Shown: positions 42,009-50,959, counted from the stretch's first letter. The stretch is DNA of 64,000 nucleotides from Chthoniobacterales bacterium (GCA_038238555.1 JBBRXP010000001.1:2217-66216); one strand, 5' to 3'. Numbers and translations: made by a program. The notes: generated from the letters alone by a model not told the origin.

Positions 42009-44996
42009 ATGAAAACATTGAGAACCTCCTGTGCAGCCCTCGCGCTGCTGCTGCTCGGCGCCTTGCACGGGCAGGCCGTCATCACCATCCCCGGAGCCGA
42101 TGGCTCGGACGGGGCGTTGAACGTCACGGCGGATACCGTCATCGACCTCTCCCAAGCCGTGACCGGCGCTTGGGACGCGAATAACACCGCCAACGCCGGC
42201 AAAGGCATCTACGACCCGAGCAAGTGGGCCGTCGTCTTCAAATACTCCAGCGTCACCGTCGCGACTGGGAAGACTGTCACGTTCAAGAACCACGCAGCCG
42301 GGCTCCGGTTGTTTGGTTGGTCAGTGGAAATGTTACCGTCAGTGGAACAGTAAGTCTGGTCCCCCAAACGGTCGGGTATAACGCTCCGCAGGTCGCGGAG
42401 CCTGGCCCCGGTGGCTTCCGCGGCGGGCAGGGCTATTATGCATCGGGCGTTGGGTCGGGCTCTGGGTTCGGCGTTGGAGGCGGTCCTGGAGGAGACTTCG
42501 GATCGGGTGGCAGCTATGGAACAGTCGGAACCACCAATGGAGCCAGTGCGTCCGCAACTTATGGGAATCCTTCGCTCATCCCGCTCATCGGCGGTTCTGG
42601 TGGCGGAGGTTATTCACGTGACGCTCGGGGTGGAGGCGGTGGCGGTGGGGCGATGCTTATCGCGTGTGCCAGCACCATATTGATCGCGGGAGCGATTCAA
42701 GCAGATGGTGGCGGTGCGGGTGGAGGAAACGGAGGTGGAAGCGGTGGCGGCATCCGCCTCGTTGGGGATACATTGAACGGGAGCGGCCTTGTCAGGTGTC
42801 TGGGGGGTGCAGGCAGCACCACTGGTGGACTTGGGCGCAGTATCCGCTTTGCGGGTTTTTGTCGCAGTTTGGGCAGTGATTGAACTTGGTCATGGCTTCG
42901 ATGGTTCAGTGCGGCCCGGCTACAGCAGTGCCCCGAAGACAACGGAAGCCGACCGCGGCAACCGGATATACTTCAGTATGCATGATCGTGGGAGGTGCTG
43001 GAGATTCGCGTGAGTGATGGTAGGGAGTGGGGGTGGGCGTGCCAAGCTGAAACTCTGCGGAGATTGGAGTGCGGAGACGACGCCGGTAGCTGTGGTGGAA
43101 GCTGCGCAGGCGACGGGGCAATTGACGAAGACCCTCACCGCGACGCTGCCTGCGGGCTGGGCTTACCTCCGCATCCCGGAGCCATCGAACGGCCAATACG
43201 AATTGACCAAAGTGGTGCGGTCGGACGGACTCGAACTCCCGCTCGATGTAGATGCGTGGGTGACGGACCGGACCTTCATCGGCCAGGGCCAGCAACCTAT
43301 CCGCGAAAACATCCTGCATCTGCTCGATTACAACAGCACGGGTAGCTACACGCTGACTTACCAGGCGAAGCCCGGACCCGATGTCCTGCCGCCAACCAGC
43401 CATGTGAAGACGCTGGCGGCACAGAGTGCGATCGAGTTTTCCGTGGGTTGGGAGGGAAGCGACGATCGGCGGGTGGCCTTCTACGACATTTACGTCTCGA
43501 CCGATGGCGGCCCCTCCACGCTCTGGCTCCAGCGCTCGCAGGAAACCGGCGCGATCTACCAAGGCGAACTCGGCCGTAGCTACGCCTTCTCCAGCCGGGC
43601 CACCGATGGCGCGGGGAATCTGGAAGCGGCCCATGCCACCGCCGATGCGACGACGCAGGTGACCTTGAGCAACATCGCGCCCACGCTGGCGGCGATCCCG
43701 GATCAGCAAATCACCGAGGGCGACACGTTCACGGTCGATCTCACGGCGAACGATCCCGATGGGCGCAGCGACTTGCTCCGCTACGAGATCACTTCCTCCG
43801 TGCCGCCGGGAGTGACGATCGACAGCCGCACGGGACGCATCCGCTGGGTGACGGGGGAGGCGGATGGCGGACGGCAGGTGACGGTGACGGTGCGGGTGAC
43901 GGATACCGGAGTGCCCGCGCAATCGGCCACGCGCACCTTTGTCATCGCGGTGCTCGAAGACAACCAGCCGCCCGTGCTCGACAACGTGGACCCGCAACGC
44001 GTGGCCGTGGGTGGAAACCTGGCCGTGCAACTCCAGGCGCAAGACGCGGACTTGCCGGCGCAGACCATTCAGTATCGGTTCACGAGTCCGCCGCCGACGG
44101 GGATGACGATCGGTGCCGGCACCGGCTTGATCGCATGGCAGCCGGCCGCCGCGGATGCGAATCGCACGGTGCTCGTGTCGGTGGCGGCAACCGATTCGGG
44201 GAGTCCGGCGAAGGAAGCCACGTTGTCCTTCCCGGTGACGGTCGATCCCGCGCTGGTGGATCGCCCGCCGCAATTTTACGCGACCGGAGGACAAATCTGG
44301 GTCGCGGGAACGGTGCATACTTTGCAAGTGAACGCCTTCGATCCCGATGGCGATGCGGTGAAGCTGACGCTCGATAAGGCCGGATTGCCGGGAAGCGTGA
44401 CCTTCTCGAGCGCGGATGGAACGGGGCTGGGTTTGATTACTTGGAACACGACGGGCGTGGAACCGGGCATTTACCCACTGCCGCTCAAGGCGGTCTCCGG
44501 GCTGTTGCAGACGGGGTATTCGCCGGTGGTGAAGATCGTGAAGAACAATGGGTATTGGAGCTGGGCGGCCGATAAGCTGAGCAATCTCGCGGACCTGAAT
44601 ATGAGCGATCCCGGCGCCGATCCCGACGGAGATGGAAGACCGAACATTCACGAATGGGCCTTGGTGCGCGATCCTCTGACGCGGGACGAAGCTCCGCTCG
44701 CCTTCACGCTCTCGGGACCGTATGACGGATGGTATGCGGCGAACTTCAGCCTCTACCGGAGGCGTGGGTCGAATCAGTTTGTGACCCTGGCGCCTCAGTC
44801 TCGGAGCGATCTTGCGTCAGGTTCGTGGCTCGATATTCCGTCGCCGGATTGGGAAGTGTTTCTCGATCCGCTCGGGGATCGGGACGGGAATGCGGAGACA
44901 GAGGAAGTGTTATTTCGCGTCTGGCTGAATCCGTCCGATCCGACGCCGAGGAGATTCTTCCGCGTGAGGGCATCGACAAGATCGGAGATGCCATGA
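42009..44996 (+). pseudogene. Large surface adhesin-like gene apparently broken into three ORF pieces (two frame changes plus an in-frame TGA)
   Basis: Piece 1 (42009..42353, frame 0) carries the signal peptide MKTLRTSCAALALLLLGALHGQA and ends ...VTFKNHAAG. The sense continues in frame 2 from about 42299 (RAPVVWLVSGNVTVSGTVSL... Gly-rich, to 42883). Frame 0 resumes at 42789..43013, ends at TGA 43011, and continues directly as 43014..44996. Confidence 0.55.
43014..44996 (+). CDS. Cadherin-like/Ig-repeat surface protein piece with DPDGDG ... RFFRVR C-terminal module
   Basis: Repeated blocks resemble dystroglycan-type cadherin-like domains: APTLAAIPDQQITEGDTFTVDLTANDPDG...ITSSVPPGVTIDSRTGRIRW, and NQPPVLDNVDPQRVAVGGNL...FTSPPPTGMTIGAGTGLIAW. 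There is no signal peptide of its own. It starts right after an in-frame stop. Confidence 0.7.
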   Translation: MMVGSGGGRAKLKLCGDWSAETTPVAVVEAAQATGQLTKTLTATLPAGWAYLRIPEPSNGQYELTKVVRSDGLELPLDVDAWVTDRTFIGQGQQPIRENILHLLDYNSTGSYTLTYQAKPGPDVLPPTSHVKTLAAQSAIEFSVGWEGSDDRRVAFYDIYVSTDGGPSTLWLQRSQETGAIYQGELGRSYAFSSRATDGAGNLEAAHATADATTQVTLSNIAPTLAAIPDQQITEGDTFTVDLTANDPDGRSDLLRYEITSSVPPGVTIDSRTGRIRWVTGEADGGRQVTVTVRVTDTGVPAQSATRTFVIAVLEDNQPPVLDNVDPQRVAVGGNLAVQLQAQDADLPAQTIQYRFTSPPPTGMTIGAGTGLIAWQPAAADANRTVLVSVAATDSGSPAKEATLSFPVTVDPALVDRPPQFYATGGQIWVAGTVHTLQVNAFDPDGDAVKLTLDKAGLPGSVTFSSADGTGLGLITWNTTGVEPGIYPLPLKAVSGLLQTGYSPVVKIVKNNGYWSWAADKLSNLADLNMSDPGADPDGDGRPNIHEWALVRDPLTRDEAPLAFTLSGPYDGWYAANFSLYRRRGSNQFVTLAPQSRSDLASGSWLDIPSPDWEVFLDPLGDRDGNAETEEVLFRVWLNPSDPTPRRFFRVRASTRSEMP

Positions 44997-45016
44997 GTGG
45001 AGGGCGCGGAAGGCTC

Positions 45017-45112
45017 GTAGCTGCGACGCCCTCGTCGCAGGAAGTGCCATCGCCGCCCGTCCACGCGGCCGAGGCGCCGCAGGCACTTCCTGCGACGGGG
45101 CGTCGCAGCTAC
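45017..45112. repeat. Two REP units in head-to-head (inverted) orientation
   Basis: GTAGCTGCGACGCCCTCGTCGCAGGAAGTGCC (45017-45048) and GGCACTTCCTGCGACGGGGCGTCGCAGCTAC (45082-45112) are separated by a 33-nt spacer. Confidence 0.95.
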
Positions 45113-45113
45113 G

Positions 45114-45893
45114 TTGTGGCTGTCATTTGCTGAGTGCATCGCGCGCTGTGGATATGCGGCGTCCGTGGTGGATTGGCTGGCTTACACTCCCGGAGCGGAT
45201 CGCACGCACTTTGCACTGACGAACGATCTCGGACTGGCCATCGCGCAGGCCGAGGTGCAAATCACCGCGGGAATCCTGGCGCCGTTGTCTCCGGCAGCGG
45301 GGGTATTGCAGGCGCCGTTTTGGGTGACGCCTCACGGCTTTATCGACAGCGTCCAAGGGTCGGCGGCGATCAGCACGTCGAAGGTGCAGGTGGCTCCCCA
45401 AGCCGGGTCGGTGCAATATCAATTGGTAGTAACTGGGTCGGATTTGTCGGGGATGGTGTTTTCCGTGGGCCAGCTCTTTGGCTCATCGACCACGGGCACT
45501 CGTGAATTGAATATCGCGGCCTTCACCGGCGCCAGCACCGGAGTTCCGGTGAGCTTCCTCGGGACGGATGGCTGGGACGACGGGGTTCGAATGTACATTC
45601 AGCCGTTGAATTGGGATTCCAGTGCCGGAAAACTTTCTCTCTTTTCGGCGACTGTCGGGGAATCTACGTTCGCATTTTTCAGCATTCCGAACAACGGAAC
45701 TCCCGTCACGAAGCTGACCTTGCAAATCCCGAACGGTTACAATTCCGGCACGGGGGACGCGCTTGAATTTGCGTTTGGAACCGTCGTGGTTCCCGAGCCG
45801 TCCACCGCTGTGTTTCTCGGCATCGCGATTCTCGCGGCCGGTCTTTCTGCGCGGCGAAGAAATGTGGCGCGGACTTCCAGCCTGCGTTCGTAA
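45114..45893 (+). CDS. PEP-CTERM sorting-domain protein (no recognisable N-terminal signal peptide)
   Basis: The C-terminus TVVVPEPSTAVFLGIAILAAGLSARRRN has the PEP motif, a TM helix and a basic tail. The track start is TTG 45114, abutting the REP pair. The true start is uncertain. Confidence 0.65.
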   Translation: MWLSFAECIARCGYAASVVDWLAYTPGADRTHFALTNDLGLAIAQAEVQITAGILAPLSPAAGVLQAPFWVTPHGFIDSVQGSAAISTSKVQVAPQAGSVQYQLVVTGSDLSGMVFSVGQLFGSSTTGTRELNIAAFTGASTGVPVSFLGTDGWDDGVRMYIQPLNWDSSAGKLSLFSATVGESTFAFFSIPNNGTPVTKLTLQIPNGYNSGTGDALEFAFGTVVVPEPSTAVFLGIAILAAGLSARRRNVARTSSLRS

Positions 45894-46030
45894 GGGAAAG
45901 GCAGACTGGAAGTGTTCCTCACACTCACCCTCCGGCGGTGGGCTTTCGATCCCGGCGACGGAAATGGAGATCGCTCAAAGTGCGTCGCACGAATCGTCCC
46001 CCCAACCTCCTGCGACTTGGGATCAACGCC

Positions 46031-46891
46031 TCAGCTATTTGCAAAGCGAAAGAACGTCTCCGCCGTCGCCGTGGTGCGGGCAGCCAGATCTTCGAGCCGT
46101 TCGCCGCGCAATTCCGCGATGCGTTCCGCGATGATGCGCACGTGCGCCGGTTCGCAGCGCTGGCCGCGGTGAGGCGCGGGTGCGAGGAAGGGGCAGTCGG
46201 TCTCGACCATGAAGCGATCGGCCGCCACATCGCGCGCGGCCTTTTGCACCACTGCGGCATTCTTGAATGTGACGATGCCGGTGAAGGACACGAGATGCCC
46301 GAGCTCGAGCACCGCGCGCGCGTGTTCGCTGGATTTTCCGAAGCAGTGAAACACGCCACGCAAACGGCCGGCGTAAGGCTGCATGAGGGCGAGCGTGTCG
46401 TCCCACGCGTCGCGCTCGTGGATCACGACGTTTAGTCCGAGTTCCACAGCGAGGTCGAGTTGTTGCTCGAAAATCGCGGCTTGCGCGGACTTGATCGCGC
46501 CGTCGGCGAGCGCGGTGCTGGCGTCGCCGGGCATCTCCGCGCCGGTGGTTCCGATGGCTTCGAGCGCGCTGTTCATGGGCGATTTCCCAGGCAGCCGATG
46601 GTAGTCGAGCCCGCACTCGCCGATGGCCACGACCTTCGGATGCTGCGCCAGTTCGCGCAGCGGCGCGATCACATCCTCCGGCGCTTCGTGCGCGTTGCTC
46701 GGATGCACACCCACCGTCGCGAAGACTTGCGGATATTTCTCCGCCAGCGCGATCGCCCGCCGGCAACTTTCGAGCGTCGTGGCGATGGTGACGATCCGCT
46801 CGACACCCGCATCCTTCGCGCGAGCGAGCACCGCATCGAGGTCGGCGGTGAAGTCGGGAAAATCGAGATGAGCGTGGGTGTCGATGAGCAT
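46031..46891 (-). CDS. tatD: TatD-family metal-dependent hydrolase/DNase
   Basis: MLIDTHAHLDFPDF..., ...AIGECGLDYHR..., ...VVIHERDA..., ...LVETDCPFLAP. Confidence 0.9.
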   Translation of the reverse strand: MLIDTHAHLDFPDFTADLDAVLARAKDAGVERIVTIATTLESCRRAIALAEKYPQVFATVGVHPSNAHEAPEDVIAPLRELAQHPKVVAIGECGLDYHRLPGKSPMNSALEAIGTTGAEMPGDASTALADGAIKSAQAAIFEQQLDLAVELGLNVVIHERDAWDDTLALMQPYAGRLRGVFHCFGKSSEHARAVLELGHLVSFTGIVTFKNAAVVQKAARDVAADRFMVETDCPFLAPAPHRGQRCEPAHVRIIAERIAELRGERLEDLAARTTATAETFFRFANS

Positions 46892-46909
46892 GGGGAGTCG
46901 AAAGTTATC

Positions 46910-47317
46910 TCATGCTGGCAGGCGGAGGAATCCAGCTTGCGTGAAGTGGTCGTCGAAAGTGAGTGCTTCGCGGATTCTCTCACGCGCCATCAGAACAAAG
47001 GAAACGCAGTCGGTGAGCGAGTAGGTCGTGTCCGGGCGGGCCACGAAGTAGCGCCAGCCTTCGAGATACAGCGCTTCATCGACGTAGCGCAGATCGCAAT
47101 ACCGGCTCGTCATCAACTGGCGTCCCACCTTCACCGCGTTCACGTGCATGCCGCGACGGTTAAAAAAAGCGGCGCCTTCAGCGAGCACCAGGGTCGTGCT
47201 GAGAAACGAAGCGCGGTTTAAACGGAGGCTCTGCCAATAAGTCTTGGCGCACTCGTGCCATTGGTCTCGCGCATCCTCCAGCGCCATGAGGAAGCCGGCG
47301 TCCAGAAGCGCTCTCAC
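46910..47317 (-). CDS. vapC: PIN-domain toxin (VapC-like)
   Basis: GTG 47317 forms a GTGA overlap with the antitoxin stop. The layout is PIN-like: MRALLDAGFLMAL... (N-terminal acidic residue), ...SLTDCVSFVLM..., ...TFDDHF. Confidence 0.7.
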   Translation of the reverse strand: MRALLDAGFLMALEDARDQWHECAKTYWQSLRLNRASFLSTTLVLAEGAAFFNRRGMHVNAVKVGRQLMTSRYCDLRYVDEALYLEGWRYFVARPDTTYSLTDCVSFVLMARERIREALTFDDHFTQAGFLRLPA

Positions 47318-47556
47318 CGACCGTTGTAAATGTAAGCGTCGAGATTAACGGACCCATCGCTCACGCCACTGTTGCCGGGATTCTTCCCGAGATCCCAAAT
47401 CGAATCCTCCGCGCTCTCCTCATCGGGGAGCGGAGGCGCGACCACGACGGGCTCGACGAAGACGCCATTGCCTTGCGGGCGAATTTCAAATTCTTCAGCA
47501 GGGCCCAGAAGTTCCCTGGGAATGAGGAGTCCTTGTTCAGAAACTTTTGCGATCAT
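47314..47556 (-). CDS. Antitoxin-like small protein (VapB partner)
   Basis: It is 80 aa, translationally coupled upstream of the PIN gene, and has an acidic C-terminal half. The N-terminus MIAKVSEQGLLIPRELLG is AbrB/SpoVT-like. Confidence 0.6.
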   Translation of the reverse strand: MIAKVSEQGLLIPRELLGPAEEFEIRPQGNGVFVEPVVVAPPLPDEESAEDSIWDLGKNPGNSGVSDGSVNLDAYIYNGR

Positions 47557-47626
47557 GCACCGAGATTCGCACCGTCTGCCGCGTGCGGGAAGCGCCTTTC
47601 TTAATCACAGCGCGGAGCGCCGTAAC

Positions 47627-47664
47627 CACTCAACTCTCAACTCTCAACACTCAACTTTCCCCCC
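47627..47664. repeat. Tandem heptamer array (CTCAACN) ending in TTTCCCCCC
   Basis: CACTCAACTCTCAACTCTCAACACTCAACTTTCCCCCC read directly. It ends 2 nt before the fabH stop codon. Confidence 0.9.
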
Positions 47665-47666
47665 GC

Positions 47667-48686
47667 TTACCACTGAATGACCGAGCTCGCCCACGTGAGC
47701 CCGCCGCCGAAGGCGACCAGCAGCACGTAATCTCCCACTTGCATCCGGCCGGTGCGGTTCGCTTCGTCCAGGGCGATGGCCACCGCGCCGGCGCTCGTGT
47801 TGCCGTAGCGGTCGAGGTTCACCATGAAGCGCTCGAGCGGCACCGCCATGCGCTCGGCGATGGCTTCGATGATGCGCAGATTTGCCTGGTGCGGGATGAT
47901 GCACGCGAGGTCGCTCGCGTCGAGGTTCGCATCGGCGAGCGCGCGGTGGGCGGCGTCGAGCATCGAAGTCACGGCGTGCTTGTAGGTCTCCTTGCCGTTC
48001 ATCTTGATGCGGTTGAGGCGCTGGTCGGCGTTGCTCGCATCGATGGGCATGCGCGAGCCGCCGCCGGGAATTTGCAGGATGTCCGCAAGGCCGCCGTCGC
48101 TCGCCATGTAGGTGGAGATCACGCCGTGGCCGCCTCCGCGATGCCGCAGCACCGCGGCGCCGGCGCCATCGCCGAAGAGGATGCAGGTGTTGCGGTCGGT
48201 CCAATCCACGATCGAGGAGAGCTTCTCCGCGCCGATGACGAGGATGGTATCGTAAGTGTGCGAGGTGATGAATTGCTGCGCGATCTCGAGCGCGTAGAGG
48301 AAGCCCGCGCACGCCGCGCTCACGTCGAAACACGCGGCATTTTTCGCGCCGATCTTGTGCTGCACAAAACAGGCGGTGCTGGGGAAAAACATGTCGGGCG
48401 TGATGGTGGCGACGATGATGAGGTCGATCTCGTCGGCGCCGATGCCGGCATTTTCCATCGCCGCCTGGGCGGCCTTGGCGGCGAGGTCGCTGGTGCATTC
48501 GTCCGCGGCGGCGATGCGGCGTTCCCGGATGCCGGTGCGCGTGACGATCCACTCGTCGTCGGTCTCGACCATCTTTTCGATCTCGGCATTGGACAGAATT
48601 TTTTCCGGCAAAAAGCTGCCGGTGCCGATGATGGAGACGGTGCGCTTGCGCAGATGCGAGCGTGTGCGGGGCTGATGCGTGGTCAT
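47667..48686 (-). CDS. fabH: 3-oxoacyl-ACP synthase III
   Basis: ORF 47667..49250 trimmed to ATG 48686. FDVSAACAGFLYAL contains the active-site Cys. IPHQANLRII and YGNTSAGAVAIAL are also present. Confidence 0.95.
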   Translation of the reverse strand: MTTHQPRTRSHLRKRTVSIIGTGSFLPEKILSNAEIEKMVETDDEWIVTRTGIRERRIAAADECTSDLAAKAAQAAMENAGIGADEIDLIIVATITPDMFFPSTACFVQHKIGAKNAACFDVSAACAGFLYALEIAQQFITSHTYDTILVIGAEKLSSIVDWTDRNTCILFGDGAGAAVLRHRGGGHGVISTYMASDGGLADILQIPGGGSRMPIDASNADQRLNRIKMNGKETYKHAVTSMLDAAHRALADANLDASDLACIIPHQANLRIIEAIAERMAVPLERFMVNLDRYGNTSAGAVAIALDEANRTGRMQVGDYVLLVAFGGGLTWASSVIQW

Positions 48687-48761
48687 GGAAACAAGGCGTT
48701 GGTAGCCGCTGGGCGAAATGACCGCAATGCTGCGCACAGCCGGGACGGGCTGTGTCACATT

Positions 48762-48780
48762 GATTCGGATTTTGGATTTC
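48762..48780. repeat. Short (GAAATCC-type) heptamer array between der and fabH
   Basis: The plus strand reads GATTCGGATTTTGGATTTC, which is GAAATCCAAAATCCGAATC on the transcribed strand. It lies 5 nt after the der stop. Confidence 0.8.
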
Positions 48781-48784
48781 TCCA

Positions 48785-50209
48785 CTAGCGCCGGCCCACC
48801 TTGCGCGCTCGGAAACGGAAGAGCAGCGGCAGCCCGGGATACGGTTGCACCTCGCGGATTTTGTTTTCGAGATACTTCCGGTAAGTCGGCGTCAGCAGCT
48901 TGTCGTCGTTGACGAAGAGCACAAACTCCGGCGCGGGGATCGCCATCTCGGGGAGCGTCTCGGGTTGCGTGCCGTAGAGAATCTTGAATCGACGCCCGGA
49001 GCGCAGCGGCGGCGGATGCGCGGACATCGCGGTTTGGAAAAGACGATTCAAAGGTCCGGTGCCGATGTGTTGTCGCGCGGCGGTGTGCACTCTCTCGATG
49101 GACTTGAAGAGCCGGGTAAGTTCCGCGCCCGTCTTGGCGGAGACGAGCAGCAGCGGCGCGTAATCGACGAAGAACAACTCGGCGCGCAATCCCACCAGCA
49201 CTTCGTTCATCTCGTCCTTGCTGCCGGTGCGTTCCTTGATGAGATCCCATTTATTCACGGCCACCACGCACGGCTTGCGCGCTTCCTGGATGAGGCCGGC
49301 GATCCTCTTATCCTGCGCGGTCACTCCCGCGGTGGCATCCACCACTAGGCAGCACAAGTCCGCGCGGCGGATGCTCGACTCACTGCGCATGACGCTGAAG
49401 ACTTCCACCGAGTTATCCACCTTGCCGCGCGGCCGGATGCCCGCGGTGTCGATGAGCACGTAACGGTGGCCGTGGCGTTCGTAGGGAATATCCACCGCAT
49501 CGCGCGTGGTGCCGCTGATGGGGCTCACCAAAGTGCGCGCATCGCCGAGGATCGAGTTGGTGAGCGAGCTCTTGCCGACATTGGGGCGGCCGACCACCGC
49601 GATGCGGATCGGGGCTTGCGCCTCGGGCGCCTGCTCCACCGCCGCCGGCAGCCGCGCTTCGATCTGCGCGACCAGACCGTCGATGCCGCGCGCGTGCTCG
49701 GCGCTCACGAGCAGCGGGTGCGGAAATCCGAGCCGGGCGAAATCCGCGAAGTTCGAAAAATGTTTGTCGTCGTCCATCTTGTTGACGACGAGCAGGAGGG
49801 GCTTGTCGATCTTGCGCAGACGGCGGGCGAGTTCTTGATCCACGGGCGTGAGGCCCGCATGTCCGTCGACGATGAAGAGCAGCAGGTCGCTGGTCTCGAG
49901 CGCGATCTCCACTTCGAGATGTACTTGCTCGGTAAAGTTGGCATCCACATTGCCGCCGATGCCGCCGGTATCGAGGATCCCAAAAGGTTCGCGCCCGAGT
50001 TTGCAAGTCGCGGCGATGCGGTCGCGCGTCACTCCCGGTTGATCGTGCACGATGGAAATGCGCCGCCCGGCGAGCCGATTAAAGAGCGCGGACTTGCCGA
50101 CATTTGGACGACCGACGATGGCTACGGTGCGGGGCAGGGATGTTGAGAGTTGAGTGTTGAGAGTTGAGTGGCGCACACGCGTGCAGCGGCCACTTGCGCC
50201 ACTCAACAC
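48785..50209 (-). CDS. der: Ribosome-associated GTPase Der/EngA
   Basis: There are two G domains: GRPNVGKSALFN...DTGG...NKMD, and GRPNVGKSSLTN...DTAG...NKWD. All in-frame candidate start codons (GTG 50209, TTG 50206, GTG 50176) lie inside the heptamer-repeat element, so the exact start is uncertain. Confidence 0.9.
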   Translation of the reverse strand: MLSGASGRCTRVRHSTLNTQLSTSLPRTVAIVGRPNVGKSALFNRLAGRRISIVHDQPGVTRDRIAATCKLGREPFGILDTGGIGGNVDANFTEQVHLEVEIALETSDLLLFIVDGHAGLTPVDQELARRLRKIDKPLLLVVNKMDDDKHFSNFADFARLGFPHPLLVSAEHARGIDGLVAQIEARLPAAVEQAPEAQAPIRIAVVGRPNVGKSSLTNSILGDARTLVSPISGTTRDAVDIPYERHGHRYVLIDTAGIRPRGKVDNSVEVFSVMRSESSIRRADLCCLVVDATAGVTAQDKRIAGLIQEARKPCVVAVNKWDLIKERTGSKDEMNEVLVGLRAELFFVDYAPLLLVSAKTGAELTRLFKSIERVHTAARQHIGTGPLNRLFQTAMSAHPPPLRSGRRFKILYGTQPETLPEMAIPAPEFVLFVNDDKLLTPTYRKYLENKIREVQPYPGLPLLFRFRARKVGRR

Positions 50210-50234
50210 TCAACTCTCAACACTCAACTTTCCC
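50137..50234. repeat. Inverted pair of (GTTGAGN)/(CTCAACN) heptamer arrays
   Basis: The arms are GGGATGTTGAGAGTTGAGTGTTGAGAGTTGAGTGGCGC (50137-50174) and GCGCCACTCAACACTCAACTCTCAACACTCAACTTTCCC (50196-50234). The element contains the pgsA stop codon (50224-50226). Confidence 0.9.
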
Positions 50235-50862
50235 AAAACGGCTTCGGATCGCCGTGCCCCTTCGCGTGGAGTTGCCGGATGCCTCCGACTACGTAACCGA
50301 AGCCGGAGATGAGAGTGAAGAGGCCGGCGAGATCGACCACCACATCCACCCACGCCACGTGCAGTTGCCAGCCATGGAGCGTGAGCAAGTGGGTGGAGAT
50401 GGTGAGTTGCAACATGCACAGCCCGATGGCGGCCATTTGCAGGAAGGTCGCGACCTTCCCCGCCGCGCTGGGCCTCACGCGGACGGTGCCATTCAGGAAG
50501 TGCAGGATGAAGGCGCCGGCGACGATGACGATGTCGCGCGCGATCACGAGCACCGGAAACCACAGCGGGAATTCATAGGACCAGTTGCTGAAGCTCAGCG
50601 TGATGACGCCGCTCAGCAGGAGCCCCTTGTCGGCGATGGGATCGAGCACCACGCCGAGGTTGCTCTTTTGGTTGTAACGTCTCGCGATATAGCCATCCAC
50701 GCCGTCGCTCGCGGCCGCCGCGAGGAAGACGGCGATGGCCCACCAGCGCTGCCAATCCTGCGGCGCACCGCGTTGCAAGCCGCGCCCGTAGGACATCGCC
50801 AGCAGGACGAAGACGGGGATCATCAGGATGCGCGCGATGGTGATCTTGTTGGCCGTCGTCAT
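50224..50862 (-). CDS. pgsA: CDP-alcohol phosphatidyltransferase (phosphatidylglycerophosphate synthase-like)
   Basis: ORF 50224..50904 trimmed to ATG 50862 (MTTANKITIARIL). The CDP-OH-P motif is SDGVDGYIARRYNQKSNLGVVLDPIADK. Confidence 0.9.
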   Translation of the reverse strand: MTTANKITIARILMIPVFVLLAMSYGRGLQRGAPQDWQRWWAIAVFLAAAASDGVDGYIARRYNQKSNLGVVLDPIADKGLLLSGVITLSFSNWSYEFPLWFPVLVIARDIVIVAGAFILHFLNGTVRVRPSAAGKVATFLQMAAIGLCMLQLTISTHLLTLHGWQLHVAWVDVVVDLAGLFTLISGFGYVVGGIRQLHAKGHGDPKPFWES

Positions 50863-50863
50863 C

Positions 50864-50959
50864 GGGGAAGTTGAGAGTTGAGGGATGAGAGTTGAGAGCC
50901 GCAAGCTGGATCAGCGCGCCGGTCACTCACCGGCGGCTTTCACCTCTCAACTTTCCCCC
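50864..50959. repeat. Inverted heptamer-array element immediately 5' of pgsA
   Basis: GGGGAAGTTGAGAGTTGAGGGATGAGAGTTGAGAG (50864-50898) pairs with CCTCTCAACTTTCCCCC (50943-50959). There is a small internal hairpin CCGG-TCACTCA-CCGG. Confidence 0.85.

Noticed and set aside
43011-43013. In-frame TGA as selenocysteine or programmed read-through
   Set aside because: I could not recognise a SECIS-like hairpin immediately downstream. The flanking residues are not a redox motif. The locus has two additional frame disruptions, so pseudogenisation or separate genes are more parsimonious.
44729-45133. 134-aa ORF (…VAATPSSQEVPSPPVHAAEAPQALPATGRRSYVV…) and similar short ORFs at 40866..41069 and at the 5' end of 7560..8501
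   Set aside because: These are translations of the REP hairpin element in different loci. The similarity is at the DNA level and palindromic, not a protein family.
47627-50959. Possible CRISPR array, because of short direct repeats
   Set aside because: The units are 7 nt and strictly tandem with no spacers. No cas genes are present. The arrays are only 20-40 nt long.
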